Of a DNA stretch of 64,000 nt, positions 56,463 to 64,000 are shown one piece after another. Made by a program: the position numbers and the translations under genes. The notes under the pieces were generated by a model. That model saw only the letters and a program-made list of their open reading frames with translations. It searched no databases and had not been told where the DNA came from. Position 1 is the stretch's first letter. Every line of letters starts with the position of its first letter. The stretch is from Candidatus Cybelea sp. Lineage in GTDB: Bacteria > Vulcanimicrobiota > Vulcanimicrobiia > Vulcanimicrobiales > Vulcanimicrobiaceae. Location of the stretch: positions 1,388-65,387 of the forward strand of contig JBAVSO010000047.1 of the NCBI GenBank assembly GCA_049695635.1, written 5' to 3'.

Positions 56463-58022
56463 ATGACCAGGCAAGCACAGGTCGGCGCGTTCGCAATCGT
56501 CGCATTGCTCCTGCTCTTTGGGATATTCTACGTCATCACCGATTTTGGAACGCGGCATACCGGTTACCGCATCGGCGTTCACTTTCAGTCGGCGGCGGGC
56601 CTCACGCCTGGTGCACTGGTCTTCTTCAGCGGCGTCGGCATCGGCTCGGTCGATTCGATCGAGTTGCTCGCGGATAACACGGTTGACGTCATTCTGGCCA
56701 TCAATCGCGACATCGACGTACCGCTCGCCTCGCGCTTCCTCATCCAGGCGCCGCTTACCGGTTCGCCTTCCGTCATCATCATCCCGCCACGGGGGAAGCC
56801 CCCGCTGCCGCTCCTGCCGCGTCAGGTCTTACCGATTGCCGAACAGCCGCGTGGGACGAACGGGGCCTCGATAGCCGACCTGCTTTTGGAGGGACAAGGC
56901 TCTCTCAAGCGCTTCGATAGCTTGATGGCAATGATCGAGCAGCGCACACCCAAGCTCATAAACACGCTTCAGACGACGCTGAACAATGCAAACGATTTAA
57001 CGGTGTCGACGAAGGCTACGCTGCAGCGTCTTTCCGGCGAGCTGCTTGCGCTCGGCGAGAATCTCCAAGGAAGTCTGGGCCAAGCGAGCGCCAACGTCGT
57101 GCAGCTCTCGGCGACGCTCAATAACTCTGCAACGGTTGATTCGAAGAAGGTGGGTGCGTTGCTCGACGAGTTTCAATCGACCGCGGCGTCGCTCAACCGA
57201 TCGATGACGGCGCTGCAGGATCTTGCGACCGACCCGCGTCTCAAAGCGAACATCATGGCGACGACGCAGAACATCGCGGAGACGACGGCGACGCTCGCCG
57301 CGTTGACCAGAGACCTGCGCACGGTCACCGGCGACCCCCAGACGCAGGCGCAGATGCGCAACACGATCGCAAATCTCGATGCGGTGATGCAGAAGGCCAA
57401 CTCGCTTTTGGGCGAACTCGGCGCCAAGAGCAGCGTCTACGGGGTCGACGCGGGCGCCACGCCCGCGCCCCCGATGGTGCCTTACAGTTCGCCCTATCCG
57501 GGAGCGACGCCGGGCGCATTCGCTACTCCCGGCGGCATCCCGCCGGCGACGCGCGCGCAGCTGCAGGGAAAGCTCGCGCAGCTGGCCCGCAATCTCGTCG
57601 CCATTCAAGTTCGGTTGAGCGGGCTCACGGCGCAAGTCAATCCCGGCCTCAACCCCGTGCTTACCAACAGCCAGGGGCCGCTCGGGGATCTCAACCTCGT
57701 TCTATTGCCGCACGGCAGCACGAGCGTGGTGGTCGGCGCCAACGCGATAGGCACGAATACAACCTGGAACGCAGTGCTGCAGAAGAACCTGGGCGACTTT
57801 CACTTAGGTGCCGGCGTCTTATACTCTCAGATCGGGGTCTTAGGCCAGTACGCGCCGTTGCGGGGGCTCGGGTTTGAGGCACGCGTCTACGATCTAACCT
57901 ATCCGCTGGTGGACGTCTACGGAAACCTGCACGTCAGCCCGAGCAGCGAGCTCTTTTTTGGAGAGCGCGACATCTTGCACGCTTCGAGACGCACGACCTT
58001 CGGGTTCCAGTACCAGTTCTAG
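56463..58022 (+). CDS. mlaD: Elongated MlaD/MCE-domain protein with helical extension and outer-membrane-type C-terminal beta-signal
   Basis: N-terminal TM anchor and an MCE domain (YRIGVHFQSAAGLTPGALVFFSGVGIGSVDSIEL). These are followed by a long Leu/Ala/Gln-rich helical region, a Pro/Ala linker and a beta-alternating tail ending TTFGFQYQF. Confidence 0.8.
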   Translation: MTRQAQVGAFAIVALLLLFGIFYVITDFGTRHTGYRIGVHFQSAAGLTPGALVFFSGVGIGSVDSIELLADNTVDVILAINRDIDVPLASRFLIQAPLTGSPSVIIIPPRGKPPLPLLPRQVLPIAEQPRGTNGASIADLLLEGQGSLKRFDSLMAMIEQRTPKLINTLQTTLNNANDLTVSTKATLQRLSGELLALGENLQGSLGQASANVVQLSATLNNSATVDSKKVGALLDEFQSTAASLNRSMTALQDLATDPRLKANIMATTQNIAETTATLAALTRDLRTVTGDPQTQAQMRNTIANLDAVMQKANSLLGELGAKSSVYGVDAGATPAPPMVPYSSPYPGATPGAFATPGGIPPATRAQLQGKLAQLARNLVAIQVRLSGLTAQVNPGLNPVLTNSQGPLGDLNLVLLPHGSTSVVVGANAIGTNTTWNAVLQKNLGDFHLGAGVLYSQIGVLGQYAPLRGLGFEARVYDLTYPLVDVYGNLHVSPSSELFFGERDILHASRRTTFGFQYQF

Positions 58023-58028
58023 GTTCTA

Positions 58029-58973
58029 GTGGCTGAGAGTACGCAACGACCGCGTATCGGCATCATCGGCGCAGGAGCGATGGGCACGCTCTTCGGCTTT
58101 CATTTGGCTGCCGGCTGCCGCGTGACGATGCTCGACGACAACGCGGAACTCGCGGCGACCGTCACGCGCGAGGGATTGCGTGTCAACGACGAAGCGGCGC
58201 GCCGTGTCGGCGTAGCGCAGAGCGCGCGCGAACTCTACGGTTCGCAGATGCTTTTCCTCTTCGTGAAAGCCGTCGATACGCTCCGCGCGCTGCGGGCCTT
58301 CGCCGGAGAGCTCGACCCGGCAGCGCCGGTCATCTCGCTGCAGAACGGCGTCGGGAACGAAGACGCGATCAAGACCGCGCTCGGAGGAGCCGTGCCGGTT
58401 ATCCTCGGCATTACGACCGAATCCTCGCAAACGATCGGGCCAGGTCACGTGCGAAGCTCGGAGCAGGGCAACACAATCATCGGAGCGACGAGCGCGTCGC
58501 CCAAGACGGCACGAACGGTGACGGAACTGTTGACCCATAGCGGCCTGCGCGCCTCGGTGGTCCACGACATTCGGCCCCATCTCTGGGGCAAGCTCGTCGC
58601 CAACGCGGCGGTCAACGCACTTTCGGCATTGCTCGACTGCGACGCCGGCGAGATACCGCGCGACCCGAACGCGGCGCGCCTCGCCGAGGCGCTCGCCGAC
58701 GAGACCGCGAGCGTCGCGGCCTCCTTGAAGATTAACCTCCCGTTCGTCAATCCGTGGCAGTATGTCACGGAGGTCGTCGCTCTCGGTGCCGATGCGAAGA
58801 GTTCGATGGCCTACGATCTCGAGTCGGGCCACCCTAGCGAAATCGATCACATTAACGGCGCCGTCGTGGCCTTTGGACGGCGCACCGGCACTCCGACGCC
58901 GTACAACGAAGCGATCCTCCGTCTCGTCAAAGCGCGCGAAGCGCTGCTCTCGCGTTCACGGTTGCGGCTGTAG
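58029..58973 (+). CDS. panE: 2-dehydropantoate 2-reductase (ketopantoate reductase family)
   Basis: The start is GTG 58029. IGIIGAGAMGTLFG Rossmann motif, the family-typical LWGKLVANAAVNALSAL, and a C-terminal ApbA domain. Confidence 0.8.
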   Translation: MAESTQRPRIGIIGAGAMGTLFGFHLAAGCRVTMLDDNAELAATVTREGLRVNDEAARRVGVAQSARELYGSQMLFLFVKAVDTLRALRAFAGELDPAAPVISLQNGVGNEDAIKTALGGAVPVILGITTESSQTIGPGHVRSSEQGNTIIGATSASPKTARTVTELLTHSGLRASVVHDIRPHLWGKLVANAAVNALSALLDCDAGEIPRDPNAARLAEALADETASVAASLKINLPFVNPWQYVTEVVALGADAKSSMAYDLESGHPSEIDHINGAVVAFGRRTGTPTPYNEAILRLVKAREALLSRSRLRL

Positions 58974-59672
58974 CCGCAGAAGGCGAATCGAACCCGACGC
59001 CGTTTCTACGTCAACACGCTGTGCCGAACCGTTGCCAACGCTGCCGTCAATAGTCTCGGCGGATCCGTTCGACGTTCCGCGCAGGCCGAAGTCGGTAAAG
59101 AGCACGCCGTTGCCGGTGTGGAGATGGACGCCGAATGCGGCTTTTCCGCTGATCCAGACCTCGAGGTCGCCGCGACGCGTGGAGAAGTGCAGCGTTCCCG
59201 GCCAGGTTGTCGCGCCCATCATGACGGTAACGTTGCCCGTCCCGATCGCGGCTTGCGCGTACCCGGGGAGGCGCAGATCAACGTTTCCGTCTGCGGCCGC
59301 GACCCGTGCGTTCCCGCTAATGTCGGTCACGGTCACATTTCCGTGCCGCGACTCAACGACTAAGTCCACGCCGTCGGGAACGCGCACCAAAAGAGAGTCG
59401 TACGCGGAGGGCGCGCGGACGGCCACGCCGGGCGGTTGCGCTTGCAGACGCGGCGCGGGCGGCGGCGTTCCTTTGGGCAGCGCGGTCGTCGCGATTGTGA
59501 ATAAATCGCGGCGCTGACCGGCTAGCGGCTGGTAGACGCGCACGCTTGCTGAGCCGACGCGCACGGTGAGCGTCGCCCCCGGCTTGAGAACGCCGACGGT
59601 CGTAGCGTACGGCGAGGGCGTGCTGCACGCGATCAACGCCAAAATCGGAAGAAGAAGGGGGGCTGACTTCAC
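58956..59672 (-). CDS. Lipoprotein with DUF4097-like beta-helical repeats
   Basis: Lipobox LIACS. Repeated G-N-V-x-V/L strands: GNVTVTDISGNARVAAADGNVDLRL and GTGNVTVMM. The convergent overlap with panE is 18 nt. Confidence 0.65.
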   Translation of the reverse strand: MKSAPLLLPILALIACSTPSPYATTVGVLKPGATLTVRVGSASVRVYQPLAGQRRDLFTIATTALPKGTPPPAPRLQAQPPGVAVRAPSAYDSLLVRVPDGVDLVVESRHGNVTVTDISGNARVAAADGNVDLRLPGYAQAAIGTGNVTVMMGATTWPGTLHFSTRRGDLEVWISGKAAFGVHLHTGNGVLFTDFGLRGTSNGSAETIDGSVGNGSAQRVDVETASGSIRLLRLQPQP

Positions 59673-59687
59673 GAAGGCAGCATTTCT

Positions 59688-60545
59688 ATGAACGTTTCAC
59701 GCCTCTTTTACCGCCGGTTCGGCGGGTTTGCTCTCGCGATGGTTCTGGCGGCGTGCGGGCCTGTCGTGGTGCCCTCTCTCGGGCGTCTTGCATCGTCTGA
59801 AAATACGCAACCCACGCATGCGGCGCGCTGGATTCCTAATGCGGGCGAGTCGTATCAGATCCAGTATGACGGCAAGCTCGACTTGAAATACGATGCGAGC
59901 ATCTTCGATCTCGACATGTTCGACACGCGCGCGGCCGTCGTCGCACAACTGCACCGGATGGGTCGCCGCGTCATGTGCTATATCTCGGTTGGCACGTGGG
60001 AGCGGTGGCGTCCGGACGCCGGCAAGTTTCCCAAGAGCGTGCTTGGCAATAAGGACGGGCATTGGCCGGGCGAGCGTTGGCTCGACATTCGCCAAACGTC
60101 GATTCTCGAGCCGATCATGGCAGACCGCCTCAATCTATGTAAGAAGAAGGGCTTCGACGGCGTCGACCCCGACAATCTCGACGGCTATCAGAACAAGACC
60201 GGCTTTCCGCTCACATACCCCGAGCAACTCACCTACGATACTTGGGTCGCGAAGGCGGCGCACGATCGCGGCTTGACTGCCGACGAAAAAGGCGATAATG
60301 GCCAAGTCAAGGATCTAGTCAAGGTCTACGATTTTGCGGTCGTCGAGCAATGCTACGCGCAGCATTGGTGCGGCCAGTTCGACGTCTACACGAACGCCAA
60401 CCGGCTCGTCGTTGACGTCGAGTACTACCATGACCCACAGCGATTTCTCAAAGACAACTGCCGCGAAGCAGCCAAGAATCACGACACCGCAATGCTGAAG
60501 AAGCTCGAACTGACCGCATGGATCTTAACCTGTCCCAAGAAATGA
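59688..60545 (+). CDS. GH114 endo-alpha-1,4-polygalactosaminidase family lipoprotein
   Basis: Lipobox LAAC. The full GH114 motif chain is present: FDLDMFD, MCYISVGTWERWRPD, WPGERWLDIR, KGFDGVDPDNLDGY. Confidence 0.85.
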   Translation: MNVSRLFYRRFGGFALAMVLAACGPVVVPSLGRLASSENTQPTHAARWIPNAGESYQIQYDGKLDLKYDASIFDLDMFDTRAAVVAQLHRMGRRVMCYISVGTWERWRPDAGKFPKSVLGNKDGHWPGERWLDIRQTSILEPIMADRLNLCKKKGFDGVDPDNLDGYQNKTGFPLTYPEQLTYDTWVAKAAHDRGLTADEKGDNGQVKDLVKVYDFAVVEQCYAQHWCGQFDVYTNANRLVVDVEYYHDPQRFLKDNCREAAKNHDTAMLKKLELTAWILTCPKK

Positions 60546-60549
60546 GCGC

Positions 60550-61935
60550 ATGAACAAACAAGTGCTCTATCCCGCGATGGCCGTCGTCTTGGCGGCATGC
60601 GCGAGCGCGTCGTCGAGCGCAATCCCGAAGGCCGCCGTACCCTTCATCGAGTCGGCGTCCGGGAGCACGCCCATCGCGCACATCGTGTTGATCGTGCAAG
60701 AGAACCGGACGTTCAACAACCTCTTCGCGACGTTCCCGGGCGCGACGGGAGCGATCGTCGGGCAAGAGCGCATCGGAAAGCAGACGCAATCCGTTCAACT
60801 CAAGGAGACCCGGCTTGGGGGCAAGCGAAACCTCAATCACGACTACAACGGATACTTAACGGCCTACGACAAGGGAAAAATGGACGGCTTCGATGACGTC
60901 AAGTTCATCAGAAACGGCCAGCCCGAAGGCACCGCGCCGTACGTCTACGTCAACCCGAACGATATCGTTCCGTACTGGACCATGGCGGCGCAGTACGGGC
61001 TTGCGAACGCCATGTTCACGACGCAGGGAAGTGCGAGTTTTCCGGCCCATCAGGACCTAATCCGCGGCGGAACCGAAATTGACGCGACCGACAGCATGAT
61101 CGACAATCTGCCGTACACCGGACAGGCGTGGGGCTGCGACTCGCCCCCGGGCTCTGCAACGTCGCTGATCACGACGAAGCTCAAGTACGAACGGAATGCC
61201 GGGCCCTTCCCGTGCTCGAGCGATTTTCCGTCCTCCGGAACCGGATACGAAACGCTGCGCGATCTCCTCGACGCGCAGTCCCTCTCGTGGAAGTATTACA
61301 CGCCCGAAATCGGCGACTCGGGCGGCATTTGGGACGCCTTTGACGTGATCGCGCCAGTCCGCAACGGACCCGAATGGGGCACCAACGTCTCGTGGCCGTC
61401 GACGAACATTCTCAGCGATATCTCCGACGGCGACCTGGCAGCGATGTCGTGGGTGATACCCGACGGGACGAACTCGGATCACCCCGGCAGCGGCGGCGAC
61501 AAAGGTCCGTCCTGGGTCGCCGGCGTCGTCAACGCGATCGGCGAGAGCCAGTACTGGAACTCCACGGCGATCGTCATCGTCTGGGATGACTGGGGCGGCT
61601 TTTACGATCCGGTCAAGCCGCCCCCGCACGACAACCAGGGCGGGCCCGGCTTCCGCGTTCCGATGATCGTGGTTTCACCCTACGCACGTGAGGCCGTATC
61701 CGGTCAACCCGGCTATATTTCCAATACCGTGTACGAGTTCGGCAGCATCATCCGGTTCATCGAAGACACCTTCAACCTCGGCCGGCTCGGCACGACCGAT
61801 GAAACGACCAACAGCATCGCCGACATGTTCGACTTTACGCAATCGCCGCGGCCCTTCCAGCAAATCGGGGCCAAATATCCGCGCGCGTACTTCCTCCGTC
61901 AGAGACCGTCTCGGCTACCCGTCGACACGCAGTAG
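60550..61935 (+). CDS. Phosphoesterase-family lipoprotein (PLC / AcpA family), paralog 3 (more divergent)
   Basis: Lipobox LAAC. IAHIVLIVQENRTFNNLFATFPG, NSDHPG, GPSWVAGVVNAIGESQYW, IVWDDWGGFYD, VSPYAR, YEFGSIIRFIE. Confidence 0.8.
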   Translation: MNKQVLYPAMAVVLAACASASSSAIPKAAVPFIESASGSTPIAHIVLIVQENRTFNNLFATFPGATGAIVGQERIGKQTQSVQLKETRLGGKRNLNHDYNGYLTAYDKGKMDGFDDVKFIRNGQPEGTAPYVYVNPNDIVPYWTMAAQYGLANAMFTTQGSASFPAHQDLIRGGTEIDATDSMIDNLPYTGQAWGCDSPPGSATSLITTKLKYERNAGPFPCSSDFPSSGTGYETLRDLLDAQSLSWKYYTPEIGDSGGIWDAFDVIAPVRNGPEWGTNVSWPSTNILSDISDGDLAAMSWVIPDGTNSDHPGSGGDKGPSWVAGVVNAIGESQYWNSTAIVIVWDDWGGFYDPVKPPPHDNQGGPGFRVPMIVVSPYAREAVSGQPGYISNTVYEFGSIIRFIEDTFNLGRLGTTDETTNSIADMFDFTQSPRPFQQIGAKYPRAYFLRQRPSRLPVDTQ

Positions 61936-61949
61936 AAGAGGGTTAACGC

Positions 61950-62876
61950 ATGAAAACTCAAGTATTGCCCGCGATGTGTCTCGCTTTCACTCTGGCCGCA
62001 TGCAGCGGACATGGAGGAGCCGGCACCACCAGCTTGCCGCCGGCGGCGTCGGCGTTTCGGACGGCCGTTTCGAATGGCGCCCTGCTCTATGTCTCCGATA
62101 CGAACGGCGACGCCGTGCGGATGTATTCGTTTCCCCGGCTAACGCTCGAGGGAAGCGCGCAAGTTGGCGACCCAGAGGATCTTTGCGTTGACGACCGGAC
62201 AAAAAACGTCTGGGTCGTCAGTACCGTCTATTCGAAGGTTGTCGAGTTTGCACACGGGGGCACGACGCCGATTGCTACGCTGTTGGACGGCTATCAGTAT
62301 CCAGACGCCTGCGCCGTAGACCCGGTTACCGGAGACCTTGCCGTCGCAAATTTCAACAACGGGGGCAGCGACCCGGGGAGCGTCTCGATCTACAAGAAGT
62401 CTCGCGGCAAGGCTCGCCTCTTTACAGACCGCAACATCTACTTCGTGTCGTTCCTGGCTTACGACGGCAAGGGAGACCTTTTCGTTGATGGCTCCAACCA
62501 AACGCTCTCGAGGTTTCGCCTCGCAGAGCTCCCCCGCGGCGCCACGAAGCTCGAAGACCTATCGCTGACCGGGACGCGAATTAAAGCGCCGGCCGGTGTC
62601 GTCTACCGGCACGGCGTCCTTGCGATCGGCGATCAGAAGCGATCCGCGATCTTCCAGACGTCGAACGGCCGAGTTGTCGGGCGGACGTCGCTTCAAAAGG
62701 CGTGCCGCATGGCCCAGTTCCTGGTCGTCGACAAGCAGGCGATAGTCGCCAATACGTGCGGGTCGATTCAGAACCCAACCGGGGACTTGCTGATCTACAA
62801 TTACCCACGCGGGGGATCGCCGGTCAGCGAGATAACCGGCCTCGGGGTTGCCTTCGGCGTAGCCATCAGCCGCTAG
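61950..62876 (+). CDS. Hypothetical lipoprotein, repeat-containing (beta-propeller-like guess)
   Basis: Lipobox LAAC. It has recurring units of about 45 aa with D..G.L.V and V..F patterns. The fold guess is unverified. Confidence 0.55.
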   Translation: MKTQVLPAMCLAFTLAACSGHGGAGTTSLPPAASAFRTAVSNGALLYVSDTNGDAVRMYSFPRLTLEGSAQVGDPEDLCVDDRTKNVWVVSTVYSKVVEFAHGGTTPIATLLDGYQYPDACAVDPVTGDLAVANFNNGGSDPGSVSIYKKSRGKARLFTDRNIYFVSFLAYDGKGDLFVDGSNQTLSRFRLAELPRGATKLEDLSLTGTRIKAPAGVVYRHGVLAIGDQKRSAIFQTSNGRVVGRTSLQKACRMAQFLVVDKQAIVANTCGSIQNPTGDLLIYNYPRGGSPVSEITGLGVAFGVAISR

Positions 62877-62904
62877 AGGCCCCCCAGGCGGAAGACAGGC
62901 CGGC

Positions 62905-63037
62905 ATTTTTTGTCGCATTCGAGGGCTTCCTAGCCGAGGATCCATATTCGCGCCCTCTCGAGTTCTCGCTATTTTTTGTCGCATTCGAGGGCCTCCTAGC
63001 CGAGGATCCATGCTCGCCTTCTCGAATGCGACAAAAG
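62905..63037 (+). repeat. Tandem 66-bp repeat (2 copies); the second copy forms a 16-bp-stem hairpin
   Basis: attttttgtcgcattcgagggcYtcctagccgaggatccat occurs at 62905 and again at 62971. ttttgtcgcattcgag (62974-62989) pairs perfectly with ctcgaatgcgacaaaa (63021-63036). The right arm of copy 1 is degenerate. A third partial copy gtcgcattc overlaps the recombinase start. Confidence 0.85.
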
Positions 63038-63044
63038 ATTTATT

Positions 63045-64000
63045 ATGTCGCATTCAGCACCCACGAAGAAGGCCGCTCCGAGCCCAGATCCGCTGGTACG
63101 CGACCTGCGGGGGTACCTGCTCACCGAGCGCAAGCGCAGCCCGCTAACCGTCGAGGCCTACGAGCGCGACCTGGTGGAGTTCACGGGTTTTCTGCGCAAG
63201 ATGCAGGGGCGCGCGTCGCTCGAAGCGGTGACGACGTCGCAGATCCGGCAATATATCGCGCATCTGTTTGACGCGCGCGGCTGCGACAGCCGCACGGTCT
63301 GCCGCAAGCTCTCGTCGATCCGCGCCCTGTATCGGTTTATGAAGATCACGGGCGTCCGGGAGAACGATCCCGCTGCGGCGATTCCCGGCCCCTCGGTGGC
63401 CAAGAAACGGCCGGTACCGCTCAAGGTAGGCGAGGTTATGACGCTGCTGCGCACCACGCTAGCCGGGCGAAGCGATGCCGCGCGCCTTCGGGACACCGCG
63501 ATCATGGAGCTCTTTTACGCCAGCGGCATGCGGCGCGCCGAGCTCGCCGGCGTGCAGCTTGGCGGCGTCGATCTCGCCGAGCGCACGATTCGCGTGACCG
63601 GCAAGGGTAACAAGGAACGCCTCGTCGTGATCAATCACGCCGCCGCCGAGGCGATCGAAGCCTATTTACGGGCACGCCCCCGCAGCGCCGATCCGCATCT
63701 ATTTCTCGGCCGCGGAGGCAAGGGGCTTACGCCGAAGCACGTTTGGCGGATCTTCCGAGCGATCTACAGCGTCAGCGGCGTTCAGAAACGCGCTACGCCC
63801 CACACTCTGCGCCATTCGTTCGCTACGCATCTCGTCGAGAACGGCGTCGACCTGGAAACCGTGCGCGAGCTACTCGGTCACGAAAGCCTAGCGACGACCG
63901 GTGTGTACCTGCAGTTGGCGATGGGGCACAAGCGCCGCGCGTACGACGAAGCCCATCCGCGCGATCGGGTAGAGGATCACTCTTCCAACCAATCTCGCGT
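63045..64000 (+). CDS. Tyrosine recombinase, XerC/XerD family, 3' end cut by window edge (absent from the ORF track)
   Basis: My own translation from ATG 63045 is open to the window end. It reads MSHSAPTKK..LVRDLRGYLLTERKRSPLTVEAYERDLVEF (SAM-like N-terminal domain). Catalytic motifs are RDTAIMELFYASGMRRAEL (Arg), HTLRHSFATHL (H-x-x-R) and LGHESLATTGVY (His, Tyr). Confidence 0.88.
   Translation, partial: MSHSAPTKKAAPSPDPLVRDLRGYLLTERKRSPLTVEAYERDLVEFTGFLRKMQGRASLEAVTTSQIRQYIAHLFDARGCDSRTVCRKLSSIRALYRFMKITGVRENDPAAAIPGPSVAKKRPVPLKVGEVMTLLRTTLAGRSDAARLRDTAIMELFYASGMRRAELAGVQLGGVDLAERTIRVTGKGNKERLVVINHAAAEAIEAYLRARPRSADPHLFLGRGGKGLTPKHVWRIFRAIYSVSGVQKRATPHTLRHSFATHLVENGVDLETVRELLGHESLATTGVYLQLAMGHKRRAYDEAHPRDRVEDHSSNQSR

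Noticed and set aside
58762-59517. 251-aa + strand ORF opposite the DUF4097 lipoprotein
   Set aside because: It is Arg/Ser/Pro-rich with no signal or motifs. The minus-strand frame has a lipobox and regular beta-helix-like repeats.
62905-63037. Possible CRISPR array
   Set aside because: There are only two full copies. The repeat unit (~47 nt) is longer than the ~19-nt gap between copies. The hairpin spans repeat plus flank, and no cas genes are in the window.
62559-63271. Track ORFs 62702-63271 (+) and 62559-63053 (-) crossing the tandem repeat
   Set aside because: Both simply read through the repeat, which shows as duplicated peptide FFVAFEG(F/L)LAEDP. The + strand ORF is out of frame with the clear Xer recombinase reading frame that starts at 63045.
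62877-64000. Integron (tyrosine recombinase plus attI/attC-like repeats)
   Set aside because: The upstream genes point towards the recombinase rather than away from it. I saw no GTTRRRY / RYYYAAC core pairs. The recombinase has ordinary XerC/XerD motifs and N-terminal domain, and I could not see an IntI-specific insertion.

Overview
GC-rich bacterial chromosomal segment, read by eye with no searches run. It holds about 65 protein genes and 7 tRNAs. I found no rRNA, CRISPR array, transposase or phage genes. The only recombinase is a Xer-type tyrosine recombinase that runs off the 3' edge and is missing from the ORF track. Layout: (1) 1-3035 lepA-rdgB-GNAT. (2) 3076-3540 a five-tRNA cluster (Pro, Arg, His, Lys, Lys). 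(3) 3.5-20.5 kb an accessory-looking block of orphan secreted proteins and lipoproteins, a clan GH-A hydrolase, two paralogous PLC/AcpA-type phosphoesterases flanking an S53 peptidase, then a ugd-uxs-processive GT2-SDR-barrel locus with a convergent Tat-exported GH10 xylanase. (4) 20.6-21.1 kb tRNA-Leu and tRNA-Gly. (5) 21.1-47.6 kb one uninterrupted + strand gene array: tig-clpP-clpX, valS, pyrR-pyrB-pyrC-carA, a BatD-like/MoxR/DUF58/VWA/pdxH insert, carB, a hypothetical, pbpA-pknB (five PASTA repeats), ruvCAB, spoIID-like, queA, qor. Many junctions in this array are 4-nt start/stop overlaps. (6) 47.7-59.7 kb mixed housekeeping genes: a PuuD-N-like membrane protein, an SOD-family protein, rqcH, gmk, rpoZ, glmS, rph, mlaE-mlaF-long mlaD, panE and a DUF4097 lipoprotein. 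(7) 59.7-62.9 kb three lipoproteins: GH114, a third phosphoesterase paralog and a repeat protein. (8) a tandem 66-bp hairpin repeat followed by the Xer recombinase. The mix of PASTA kinase, SpoIID, RqcH and PyrR with Mla, barrel-like proteins and many lipoboxes suggests a diderm lineage outside the classical Proteobacteria, but taxonomy cannot be settled from the sequence alone. The most interesting candidate is the synthase-type polysaccharide locus with built-in UDP-xylose synthesis and a dedicated-looking GH10 (13.5-20.5 kb). Other points are the Bat/MoxR module splitting carA from carB, the long MlaD with an outer-membrane beta-signal, a terminator-containing structured leader upstream of the S53 peptidase, three genes lacking a canonical start where homology begins, and several structured intergenic elements. 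Most long antisense or alternative-frame ORFs in the track are high-GC artefacts.
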